DNA of 33,006 nt, taken from Octopus bimaculoides (lineage: Eukaryota). Shown here piece by piece: positions 1-11,064 of the stretch (its first letter is position 1; each line of letters begins with the position of its first letter). The notes beneath the pieces are model-generated. The model was given only the letters and a program-made list of their open reading frames with translations. It ran no database searches and was not told the origin of the DNA. Where the stretch lies: assembly GCF_001194135.2 (NCBI RefSeq), contig NC_068982.1, positions 94,358,006 through 94,391,011 of the forward strand, read 5' to 3'. The position numbers and the translations under genes were made by a program.

Positions 1-394
1 GTGTTTTTCTTTTGAGTGTGTGTGTGACATTTTTACTGGGGAACGGGCGTATGGTGTTTGTATGTGTGTGTGTACATATGTATGCAAATATGCGTGTGTG
101 AATATGATTTGTGGTTGTCGGAGTGGTGTGTAGGTGTGTGCATGTACCTGTTTACGTATGTGTGTATGGGTGTTGGTTGTGGTTGCTACAATTGTATTGT
201 AAGTGTATATATGCATGTGTTTTTTCTTGAAATGTATGTGGGTTTGTGCTCTAGTGTGGAGATATTGTGATTGCGTGTGTGTGTATATGTGTGTAAGTGT
301 GTTCGTGTCGGAGGTTTGCATTGGATTTGTGTGTGTGTGATTTTGCGTATCTGTGTGTCTTGTTTTGGGTGTGCACCTGCGGAGGGGGCTTATG
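1..394 (-). repeat. Diffuse GT/CA-rich low-complexity tract, probably the 3' UTR or flank of the Penelope-like element
   Basis: Non-periodic (GT)-rich sequence on +, immediately downstream (on the minus strand) of the PLE stop codon at 395-397. Confidence 0.5.
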
Positions 395-1286
395 TTAGAG
401 TATGTTGAGCTGTGGTCTGTATTTTTGAATAAGATTATTTTCCCTATTTATTCGTGTTTGGTCAGTGGTGTTGTCTGAGCATTGGTATAATGGGAAAACT
501 AGGAATTTGGGGGACTTGTCTTGTGCACAGAGATCTAAGTGCCCACTAAGTGGTATCTGACTTGTGGTGGGATCCCTCAATTGTTGACGGTGGACTGTCA
601 TCCTTTCTCTGAGAGTAATGGCTCGTTTGCCCTATGTATTCTTTGTGGCACCCTTCACACCTTATGGCATAAAGTAAATTTTTTGATGCGTAGGTGAAGT
701 TATTTTTTATGACAAAAGTATGTCCCGACTGGAATCTGTATGTTGTTCCTTCCATGAGGTGGATGCAAGTCCTGCAGTTGGGACAACCACATTTTTTGAC
801 GCTAGGTGGTGGGCTTGTGTTGGGCAATTTTGCATTCGTGAGTAGTTTTTTTAGGGATTTGGGTTGTCTTTTGCTTTTTATTATTTTATGGATTGCGAGT
901 ACTCTTTTTAGACGTGGGTCTTGATTCAGTAGTGGGATGTTTTTGTATATTATTGTGTAAGCTTCTGCATTTCTAGGATTGTGTGTTGAGAGATATGGGA
1001 GACTATTTAACGTGCCGTGTATGTGTTTCGGTTTTCGCAGGTCATGGGTAGCAATTGTCTTGGCCCGTTCTATTCCATTGTCAACTAATGATGCTGGGTA
1101 ATGTCTTTCGAGAAGAATTGCCTTTAGTTATACGAGTCTTTTATTTCGAGTTCTATAATTAGAGACAATTGTGCAAATTCTTCTCGCAAGGTTGAAGGGA
1201 ATGTTTGTGTTTGTATGTTTTGGGTGATTGGAGGTGAACAGAAGGTATTGCTTGAAATCAGTCGGTTTGTAATGAATATCAGTCTA
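395..1286 (-). mobile_element. 5'-truncated Penelope-like retroelement (likely Neptune clade): RT thumb/HTH, Cys-rich linker, GIY-YIG endonuclease; pseudogenised
   Basis: Minus-strand translation from ~1283: TDIHYKPTDFKQYLLFTSNHPKHTNTNIPFNLARRICTIVS (PLE post-RT HTH). One in-frame TAA at 1128-1130, then ...KSKRQPKSLKKLL...KKCGCPNCRTC...NFTYASKNLLYAIRCEGCHKEYIGQT. After a 1-nt frameshift near 618: LRERMTVHRQQ...SGHLDLC...RINRENNLIQKYRPQLNIL* (GIY-YIG C-terminus). The Cys-rich linker between RT and EN is a known Neptune-clade feature. Confidence 0.9.
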
Positions 1287-1452
1287 ACACATACATACTC
1301 AGAAAAATAGATATACGCACACTCTCACGTACACACATCTAACATCCCCACCGACACAAAAACACACAAACACACATACACACGCACTCACGCACACACA
1401 CGAACAAACACATACACACACATGCGCACACACAACACCCTAACAAATATTA
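1287..1452 (+). repeat. Degenerate (CA)-rich tract at the 5' truncation point of the PLE
   Basis: ACAC-rich imperfect repeat running into the N gap. Confidence 0.8.
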
Positions 1453-2284
1453 NNNNNNNNNNNNNNNNNNNNNNNNNNNNNNNNNNNNNNNNNNNNNNNN
1501 NNNNNNNNNNNNNNNNNNNNNNNNNNNNNNNNNNNNNNNNNNNNNNNNNNNNNNNNNNNNNNNNNNNNNNNNNNNNNNNNNNNNNNNNNNNNNNNNNNNN
1601 NNNNNNNNNNNNNNNNNNNNNNNNNNNNNNNNNNNNNNNNNNNNNNNNNNNNNNNNNNNNNNNNNNNNNNNNNNNNNNNNNNNNNNNNNNNNNNNNNNNN
1701 NNNNNNNNNNNNNNNNNNNNNNNNNNNNNNNNNNNNNNNNNNNNNNNNNNNNNNNNNNNNNNNNNNNNNNNNNNNNNNNNNNNNNNNNNNNNNNNNNNNN
1801 NNNNNNNNNNNNNNNNNNNNNNNNNNNNNNNNNNNNNNNNNNNNNNNNNNNNNNNNNNNNNNNNNNNNNNNNNNNNNNNNNNNNNNNNNNNNNNNNNNNN
1901 NNNNNNNNNNNNNNNNNNNNNNNNNNNNNNNNNNNNNNNNNNNNNNNNNNNNNNNNNNNNNNNNNNNNNNNNNNNNNNNNNNNNNNNNNNNNNNNNNNNN
2001 NNNNNNNNNNNNNNNNNNNNNNNNNNNNNNNNNNNNNNNNNNNNNNNNNNNNNNNNNNNNNNNNNNNNNNNNNNNNNNNNNNNNNNNNNNNNNNNNNNNN
2101 NNNNNNNNNNNNNNNNNNNNNNNNNNNNNNNNNNNNNNNNNNNNNNNNNNNNNNNNNNNNNNNNNNNNNNNNNNNNNNNNNNNNNNNNNNNNNNNNNNNN
2201 NNNNNNNNNNNNNNNNNNNNNNNNNNNNNNNNNNNNNNNNNNNNNNNNNNNNNNNNNNNNNNNNNNNNNNNNNNNNNNNNNNNN
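1453..2284. other. Assembly gap (N run)
   Basis: Run of N. Confidence 1.
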
Positions 2285-4278
2285 TGCCACTTATGTGGAA
2301 GTTATTGACTGGAATACTCGCAGAGTCAATGTACGAACATCTGGAAAAAAATGGAGTCCTGCCACATGAGCAGAAGGGTTGCAAGCGTAAGTGCAGATGT
2401 ACCAAGGATCAACTCATGATAGACAAAACTGTACTTAGAGAATGCAAGAAGAGGAAAAGTAATTTAGCCATGTCATGGATCGACTATCGTAAGGCGTACG
2501 ATATGATCCGACACTCTTGGATTATGGAGTGTATGAACCTATTTGGTATTGCATCGGATGGTGTGCGATTGCTGGGAAAAAGTATGGCGAATTGAAGGAT
2601 AGACCTGACAGCATATGCAAGAAGTTTAGTGACAGTAGAAATTTGGAGGGGCACCTTCCAAGGGAACTGCCTGTCGCCAATGATCTTTGTACTGTGCTTG
2701 AGACCACTAACACCGATTCTGCGGAAAGCAAAAGCTGGGTATGTATTGAAAAGCCGCCAAGAAAAAAATCAACCGTTTGTTATTCATATGTGTAAAAATG
2801 AATTCCAAGTCACTTCCCTTGTTGATACGGTGTATACATTCATTGCTGATATCAGAATTGAGTTCGGACTGAGAAAGTGTGGTGTGTTAGTCTTCAAGAG
2901 AGGCAAAATCAAATATATGGACGGACAAGCGATACCGTCGAGGGATGTGAATCATAGAGAAGAGACGGGCTATAAGCACTCGGGAATGTTGGAAATGGAT
3001 AAATTGATGGAGAAAGAAATGACAGAAAAATTTAAGGTAGAGTACTTGCGCAGGCTGAGACTGATCCTTAAGTCGAAATTAAAAGGACAGAATAAGATCA
3101 AAGCTATCAACATCTGCGTGGTTTCACTCTTTAGATATGGAGCAGGGGTAATCGCATGGACAGTAGACGAACTAAACAACTTAGAAAGACAAGGAAGTTG
3201 CTAACTATATATAGGATACTCCACCCATAAATTGACACAGACAGATTGTATGTACCAAGAAAAAGATCGGGAAGAGGACTGATTGGATGTGAACACAACA
3301 TTAGAGCAGAAGAAAACCTCATATCATGGTATGTAAAAATGCCACAGAACCACTGTTATTGGATTTAAGAAGGTCAGGCTTGTGTGTGATGGAAGATTGC
3401 AAAGATAAAGCACTGTACAAGCACTTGAGAATGAATGAAACTGAAGATAGTTGGATACAGAAAGCAATGCATTGACAATTTCATAGGGATTTTGAAGATA
3501 AGAGAGACAGAGAAAAAAGATGTGTATGGATGATTAAAAGTGATTTAAAACTAGAAACGGAGACTCTAATCTGTGCTACCCAAGATCAGGCTCTAAGAAC
3601 GAATAACATCAAATACAGAATAGACAACACAGCAGAAAGTGATAAGTGCAGAACTTGTGGGCAAAATGGTGAAACCGTATGGCATATTACCAGGCAAGGT
3701 ACGTCACTAGCCCAGAAGGAATATAAGAGACGTCACGATAATATAGCAAGGATTGTCCATTGGACACTTTGCAACAAGAACTTGACAGAGCAAAAAAATG
3801 GTACGAACATATAAACCCGAAGGCTTCATCGAAAATGATAATACAAAGATCCTAATGGGATTTTATCATTCAGTGCGACCATAAGTTAGATAATAGCTAA
3901 CCAGACATAGTGTTAATTGAAAAAGAGAGCATATATATGGCATGCCCAGCTGACAACAAGGCATGAGATAAGGAAAAAAGAAAAGTCGATATGACGGGTT
4001 AGCTTGGGAGGATAAGCAGTTGGGGTCGATGAAAAATGTGATAGTACTACCAGTAATTGTCGGAGCCCTGGGAACAGTGAGTAAAAATCTTGAGAAATAC
4101 ATGGAATAAATAGGGGCTGCAATAATGGTGGAGCACTTGCAGAAAACAGCACTGCTTGGAACCGCTCGAATACTCTGGATGGTGCTTGAAAAATAAGGAG
4201 TGTTACATTAGTTCACTGGTAGTGAACAGCTTGCACCGTAGTACATCTCCAGCGTTAGAAGGTATGCAAAGACAATAA
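2285..4278 (+). mobile_element. Dong/R4-type non-LTR retrotransposon (RT, CCHC zinc knuckle, restriction-like endonuclease), decayed; 5' part lost in the gap
   Basis: Translated pieces: [12 protein letters not shown]...KDQLMIDK...[16 protein letters not shown]; GTFQGNCLSPMIF; EFGLRKC; KCRTCGQNGETVWHI...YKRRHDNIARIVHW; ILMGFYHSVRP/PDIVLIEK; PVIVGALGTVSKNL; LQKTALLGTARIL. Many stops and frameshifts. Ends in GACAATAA at 4271-4278. Confidence 0.9.
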
Positions 4279-4279
4279 A

Positions 4280-4823
4280 GTACGAGTGTAAATCAGAAGG
4301 AACTGTACGAACATAAATCAGAAGGGTATACGTTCGTGCATAATGAGTATCAGATCTTTTACATCCAGTGTGATTCGTTGAACGATGCTCAGAAACCAGA
4401 TATTGTTGTATTTGATAAAATGTTTAAGATGACTAAGAGCGTAGATATTGCCATACCTGAAAATGTACAAGTGGACGCTAAAGAACTGGAAAAGATTGAG
4501 AAATGCAAGCCACTAAAAGATGAGATTGCATAAATGTGGCAATGGAGAAAGTAACTGTAATCCCAGTAGTCGCAGTGACATTGGAATCATTAACAACCAA
4601 GTTTGAGAGAAGTTTTAGAGAAATTGGCATTGACATGAGGTTAGAGCATGAAAAGAAAATGACATTATTGGGAACAGCGAAGATTTTGAGATTGGTACTC
4701 GGATGTCAATTATCGCGGATGAAAACCCTGTGAGACCCTTGGCAACTTATTGTTTGTTCTTACAGAATTAGCCGGAGCAAGTGAAATCGAGAACTCTGAG
4801 AAGTGAAATGACAATAATAATAA
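4280..4823 (+). mobile_element. Second, divergent Dong/R4-type 3' fragment (RLE domain plus 3' UTR) with (TAA)n tail
   Basis: YEHKSEG...IQCDSLNDAQKPDIVVFDK...VDIAIPE...KELEKIEKCKPLKDEIA; KVTVIPVVAVTL; LLGTAKILRLVLG. Ends GACAATAATAATAA at 4810-4823. Confidence 0.85.
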
Positions 4824-4829
4824 CGCCTT

Positions 4830-5080
4830 AACCCCAAATCCACCACCTTCCCAGGTACAAGTCTGGGTGTTGTAGCAAATGCGCCAATTACCGCAGGAAT
4901 ATTTAATAAAGCAACAGTCAAGCATTAGAGTCGATGGCATCAACTAATCAATACCTTTAAATATGCAGGGCTTGCTATCATTGTTTGAGCCCATGTCAGC
5001 CCGTATCGATCAGACAAATGATGAAATGTATGTCACTCGAAACTTTCCAGCTGCTTTGAATTTCAGGAACTATGTGCCAT
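4830..5080 (-). mobile_element. Possible highly decayed Dong/R4 RLE fragment on the minus strand
   Basis: Minus-strand frames give CLIDTG*H (cf. CLLIDVACP) and IPAVIGAFATTPRLV (cf. IPVVIGALGTIPK). The match is short and degenerate. Confidence 0.3.
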
Positions 5081-6422
5081 TATATATATAAAGACTGTAA
5101 GAATTAAGTTGATTTGTTATTTCTAGCTAGTCGAGTGTCGATGTAGCAGTTTCTCTGCTGGTTCAAGAAAAGATCAAAGGCAAATTGTATGTGATGTCAG
5201 CTTGTGTCAATGAATCTCTTCTGAAAATTGCAAAGGGTGATATAGAAATGCTGAATATGTTAAATATATTGATTATCTAAATTGTACACGATTGGAGCGC
5301 ATTTAGGAATAGACAGACAAAGAAAAAACAGACAGCTTGTTATTCGCAGCATAAAAATTCAACGTGATGAAATGGTAGTAGAATCGAAAATTTAGAAAAA
5401 ATAATAATCTTGGAAATGTTATTAAATTTCTCCAGCATAACCACAACCGTAACCCAAATCCTGATGTAACCCCTGATGTTTTCTTCTCTCATAACTTTTC
5501 TAATAATATATATTCGTGCACGTGCTAAGGAGTTATCTAATTTCATTTTTACTTCGAACATTTTTTTTATCAAAACTTTGAACTTCAGATAGCCACTACT
5601 GCTGTATTCAGCCAATATGCAGCACATGGATGGTAAAAGCAATATTCACATATACCATATGGATTCCAACATTTTTGAAAAGACACGTGATTATTTCACT
5701 TTTTCCTGCATTTAATCGAGATTTAAAACGATTCTGTAAGAATAAACGATAATGCTATGTTAGAAGGATAAAATGAAAGGATCTCAGGAATTTAGATACA
5801 AAATGAAAAATAGAATATAATAAAATAAACAGAGTTTGACCGATAATATCAAAATCGTTTACCACCATGTTTGTCTTCTTACAAATTTTAAATTTTGTTC
5901 TGAAATGCTGATTTCTAAATGTTGCTGGCAGATTTCGATGCAATTTTGTACAGATAATACTCAAAGATTATAAAACATTTATATCTTCGTGATAGTCTTA
6001 TTTAAAGGAGTTTGTTCAATACGAAATTTGCTGGAATAAATAACTCTTGAATTTTGAGTTAGTATTCTACGAAGAGTTAAATGTTGAGAGGCAGGCTCCT
6101 TGTAAAACCAAACAAGCAGTTTTAAAATTGGTACTGGACATAGTCTATGCCATATAAACACTAATCTTAAGTACATGATGGATAGGTATAGAAATAGAGT
6201 TGAATCAAGAAAGGAAAGGAAAAGATTTGTTCGACATAAAACTAGATGTTAAATGAAGTATGTCAATAACAGAAAATAGCCGTTAAACTACTCACAGTAG
6301 AAAAGACATTTTCGCCAAGCTTTCCACTACCACTATCATTTATATGAACATGTCAGCCATATAACCCAAATATATCTGCCTAGATTGAGACTGTCATTTA
6401 TATTATAGTTTTATAACATTAA

Positions 6423-6473
6423 TGTGTGTGTGTATTATGTATATGTATGTGTTTGTGCGCGCGTTCATGTGTA

Positions 6474-6523
<50 letters not shown>

Positions 6524-6528
6524 TGTGT
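6423..6528 (+). repeat. (TG)n microsatellite
   Basis: Pure TG run ~6479-6522 with degenerate flanks. Confidence 0.95.
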
Positions 6529-7917
6529 TGACATATACTGTACATATCGAAGTGATGGGCAATCCTAATTCAGCAATAATATCGTATTATCAAAAATCTG
6601 AGAAGAATCTAGTCTCCAGTCGTTGCGAGCTGATATCTGGCGTTGTCTTTAGACTGGGACGCTGAAGCAAAAATCTAATTTCTTCTTTGTGGAACATTAA
6701 TTTCCAAATACTAGTGTAATATAGTATTTAATTTTAGAAGTCCGCTAAAACCCTAACCCCATTCAAAATCTTATTATGAAATATATTGCATCCAACGTAC
6801 ATCTACTAATTAAAAATGTGTCTGAGCTGTAAAGACAAATACCTTTGCTTTCTGGATAATAGGTACCGATAAGTTATGACTTTATATTCAATATTTGAAT
6901 CGAAGTCTATGTATAACCCACACAGTCTAATAAGATAACTTGTGTAAATAATTTGTGCAGAAAATACTCTAGGATGTGAGATTATCATAAGGCTGACAGA
7001 AGGGAAGCATATGGAACTTCGTGGATACGTGAAATTTGGAAATTGATACAGTCACAAATTTCAGAGGAAAATGCTTTCAGTAATTACAGTAGAACAATAA
7101 AAAATTGGAAGAAGTTTGAGTAATTTCGTCTATCAAATGAATATCCTAATCTAGAATATAGTTTAGAAGTTTTGAAGCGCATCTGATTAATTAGAAAGAG
7201 CGTACATTGTTGATGCAACCCGGAATAATTGTCTGTTTCAAAATACAGAAAATATGTTGTACCTTCTAATAGGATAGCAAAGGTTTTGAGATTGAAACCT
7301 GGCATCAACGGTATAATTTTGGAAATAAGAAATTAGTGCGGTAAAGTATTAGATCAAGTACTTTATCTTTATTTAGCTTAAGAACTCTAAAAATGCTGAG
7401 TTGCTGATATGTTTTCTTGGTATAGTTACATGATGTTTCGTTGTATGAAGCTATGGAGGTAGATGCACGTGGTGGAGTTAACTGAAGTCTATAATGTGGA
7501 AATAAGTAAAGTGTTAAGTGATATCAACTGCTTAAATCGAATTTTGTTGGAGGGAAGGTGAATAGATCGACAGAGTCTAGAAAGTAGAGTATGGAGAAGA
7601 TCCTGAGTTCAGAAATGCATTTAAACTGATATGGTGATTCGAAGAATATAATTTCCCATCTAATAAATTTAAAATGTAATGTCTATATAGGGACAATTTG
7701 CCAAATGGTAATGTCAAATGGTAATACCAAACATGGCCAGTAGTGCAAATTACAAAAGTATATTTTCATTAAAGTTGAAATGCCCTTAAAATGCGTGTTA
7801 GCAAACGTTGCACACCACAGCTTTAAGATAACTGATATTGATAGTTATGACTCTGCTCTATTGAACCAAAAGCCCATGATATGGAAGTAATTATGTGTGC
7901 ATATGTAGAAGTAAAGT

Positions 7918-7936
7918 AAGCGAGCGAGCGAGTGAA

Positions 7937-7994
<58 letters not shown>

Positions 7995-8055
7995 AGAGTG
8001 AGAGAGAGACGGAAGTGGAGAGGAGAGAAACAGACAGAGACAGACTGTGAGACAA
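7918..8055 (+). repeat. (AG)n / (AGAC)n microsatellite
   Basis: Pure AG run ~7943-7988 with AGAC-type flank. Confidence 0.95.
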
Positions 8056-8917
8056 CAGATAATAGGACAATTTTATCATACATAACCTGTATAAGTTTTC
8101 TTCTCATTAAACTTGTTTCAGAAATGTCAAATTCTTTTCAGAATATGAAAAATTGTGAAATGTATTCTTAAGAGGCGCTATTCCGTAAATCTTCCAGTCC
8201 TAGTTGACATGTTCAAACTACACGATTGTTCATATTTTTAAGTATTTAACTACTTTACAATATGTCTAATGAAGAAATAAAATATACTTGATAATTGCCT
8301 AAAGGCTCATTGTTAATTAAGACATCATTAGTTGTTATGTTAGAATAAAATTACATCAGTCAATGTTGTGCTACATGATAATGAAGTAAGTCGTGAAAGC
8401 AAGTTAAATCTCTCTCTAAGCGGCTTAAGTAAAATTTCAGTAATCTTGTAAGTTATATTTAGTAACATGAACAAAAAAAACTAAACAAAAACAAGCTTTG
8501 TTATATTAATGCCACTTAGTTAAAGTCGAATTGTTAGTTTAGCATCCACCTTGATACCTTACACAGAAGAGTAAATGTGCTTAGCTCGGGTAAAAGTCTT
8601 TGTATACCAGACCTAGGTAAAGATGTGAATTTTGTACAGAAAAAAAAAAGTTTAACTTATGAGTTTAACAAATTCCACGAGTCATCTGGTAAATGTTGAC
8701 CCCAAAAAATAGACTCTACGTTGTCGATTAGAAATAGTAGCCAAATTTGTTTGAATGGCTCCGGGCTGTTTTAAGAAGAGGTACACAAACTAGACAATAT
8801 AGCTCTGTATACTTCTAGAAATACACGATGGTCAAAAGCTGGAATCCAACTGGGTCTGATTAAACACGGCTGACCTTCGGTTAGATTACGAAGACAATAG
8901 CAACATCCTCAAAATAA

Positions 8918-9015
8918 AGAGCAGCAACAATACCGGCAGCAGTAGCCGTGGCAGTAGAAGCAACAGCAGCAACAGCAGTAGTAACAGCAGCATTAGCAGA
9001 TGTAGTAGCAGCAAG
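8918..9015 (+). repeat. Degenerate (AGC/AGT)n trinucleotide tract
   Basis: agcagcaac...agcagtagtaacagcagc; source of the poly-Leu minus-strand ORF. Confidence 0.8.
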
Positions 9016-9073
9016 GCTGCTTTTAACGGATTAAAGCGTAAAGACAATATATATGGTCCTAGAGAGTTGTGTC

Positions 9074-9129
9074 TACACACACACACACACACACACATAC
9101 ACACACACACACATATATATGCATATATG

Positions 9130-9164
<35 letters not shown>

Positions 9165-9193
9165 TGCATATATGTATATTTATGCATATATAT

Positions 9194-9258
<65 letters not shown>
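9074..9258 (+). repeat. Compound (CA)n-(TA)n microsatellite
   Basis: Direct inspection. Confidence 0.95.
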
Positions 9259-9261
<3 letters not shown>

Positions 9262-9404
9262 TTTAAGTTCGTTTACTGTAAACTTTTTGAATATGCATAT
9301 AAAGACTCCTATTTTATTATGCCGGCTACGACCTAATGACACTAAATGTCAATAACAATTTTGGTGGAGGTTGCACTGATCTGTGCCAATCTATTGTAAG
9401 ATAT

Positions 9405-10720
9405 AATAATAATGACAAAGAAACTTAAGATATACAAGATCTCTCCTGTAATCTCCAAATTTTTACAAAGTGGCATGGACAAGTGGAATACACGCCTCCT
9501 TCTAAATAATAGTAATGGGATGAACCAATCTAACAACATCAACAACAATCGAGGCATCTTTCAAGGTAACTCCTTCTCCCCATTAATCTTTTGCAAGGCC
9601 CTGATCGCACTCTCAAACGATCTGAGTAACACCAGGTATGGGTTTAAAATGTATAATATTATAGTAAATCATCTCTTTTGTATGGACGATCTGAAGCTGT
9701 TTGCTAACAATGGCGAAGAGCTAGTAGGGCTGTTAACAAGTGTTAAAAATTTCAATAATGACATCGGGAAGAGAAATGATGCAGATAGAACTGTGCTATA
9801 AGACCTCCACAATAGCAATGAACAAGTACTTGTCTAGTAGAAAGGGCTGAATGCTGCATCTTGTGTGCAAAAACGAAAGCAGCGAAAGATCACATTCTAT
9901 TGTCAAGGAAGCTTGCAAATTCGTAAGGGAACTTGGCATTAACCCTGAATTAGATAAAGAACCCGAAACCATAGCCACAATACAAGCAAAACGGATCAAG
10001 AGGACGGCAAAAAGAACCGACTGAAACAAATCGAGGAGCGGTGAAGCTAGAAGTCTCTGCATGGACAGTATGTACTTCGAAACCGAAATGCTGATGTAGA
10101 CAAAGCAACAAGCCATCAGTGGTTGAGAAACTCAAGACTGAAAGCAGAGACTGAAGGTTTCATATTGGCGGCCCAAGATGAAAGTTTACTTTGCAACAAG
10201 TATGGAATTGACAGAGCAAAAAATTGGTACGACCACAAGCCTGAAGTTATTGTCGAAAATTGAAATGCAAAGATTCTATGGGATTTTATGATCCAGTGCG
10301 ACCATGAGATAGAGAATAGGAAGTCGGCCATAGTCTTAATTGAGAAAGAAAACAAACTATACTGGATTATAGACATAGCATGCCCAGCTGAGAACAAGGT
10401 ATGCGATAAGGAAGAAAGAAAAGTCGAGTGATTTGACAGGTTTGCTTGGAAAGTTAAGCAGTTGTGGTCGATGAAAAAGGTAGCGGTACTACCAATAATT
10501 GTCGGAGCCCTGGGAACAGTGAGCAAAAATCTCGAGAAGTACGTTGAACAAATAGGGGCTGCAATAAGGGTGGAGCACTTGCAGAAAACAACACTGCTTG
10601 GAACCACTCGAATACTCCGGAAGGTGCTCGAAAAATAAGAGGTGTTACCTTAGTTTACTGGTAGTGAACAGCTGACACTGTAGTACATCTCCACCGTTAG
10701 AAGCTGCGCATAGACAATAA
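9405..10720 (+). mobile_element. Internally deleted, apparently chimeric Dong/R4-type LINE fragment
   Basis: RT motifs RGIFQGNSFSPLIF and HLFCMDDLKLFA. Jump at ~9767 to post-RT sequence (IELCYKTSTI...WLRNSRLKAETEGFILAAQDES). Jump at ~10188 to the RLE end (WYDHKPE, ILWDFMIQCDH, IIDIACP, PIIVGALGTVSKNL, LQKTTLLGTTRILRKVLEK*). The last part aligns closely with 3764-4278. Ends GACAATAA. Confidence 0.88.
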
Positions 10721-10767
10721 CAACAACAACAACAACAACAACAGCAGCAGCAGCAGCAATTATCGTG

Positions 10768-10855
<88 letters not shown>

Positions 10856-10860
10856 TAATT
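10721..10860 (+). repeat. (AAC)n-(AGC)n-(AAT)n tail/target microsatellite of the Dong element
   Basis: Directly follows the element 3' end. Dong-type elements are known to associate with (TAA)n. Confidence 0.9.
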
Positions 10861-10986
10861 CATGGAAGAAATTTATAAGTTTTTTAATGTATCGCTACGC
10901 GCGTTTCCACAATTGACATGTTTCTTAATATCATAGTCTGTTTTCCTGAGATGATTACAGTACAGTCTGTAGTATTCATGGACATC

Positions 10987-11064
10987 GGGAGGATCATATT
11001 CATGCATTCATTTCTTCGGGTAATGTGACTCGAAGAAATGAACGCATGAATATGATGCCCTTCC
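10987..11064 (+). ncRNA. Candidate pre-miRNA-like hairpin (or fold-back palindrome)
   Basis: 29-nt arms 10993-11021 and 11028-11056 pair with one A.C mismatch and one G.U. Loop AAUGUG. Basal extension GGGAGG (10987-92) / CCUUCC (11059-64). No expression evidence. Confidence 0.4.

Noticed and set aside
1388-2405. Long ORFs of 300+ aa in the ORF track (also 20774-21709, 22579-23679, 26631-27272, 31691-32428)
   Set aside because: They consist of X residues from N gaps plus microsatellite translations (YIYI, CVCV, HTHT), not genes.
5340-5642. 100-aa minus-strand ORF (MLLPSMCC...)
   Set aside because: No recognisable domain, AT-rich composition and no supporting splice context.
9053-9355. Overlapping YIYIYI/HTHT ORFs
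   Set aside because: Translations of (CA)n/(TA)n microsatellites, which lack stop codons in several frames.
9330-9404. Possible inverted Dong 3'-end fragment on the minus strand at the 5' end of the chimeric copy (twin priming)
   Set aside because: Similarity is limited to a few residues (KIVID) and is too weak to support.
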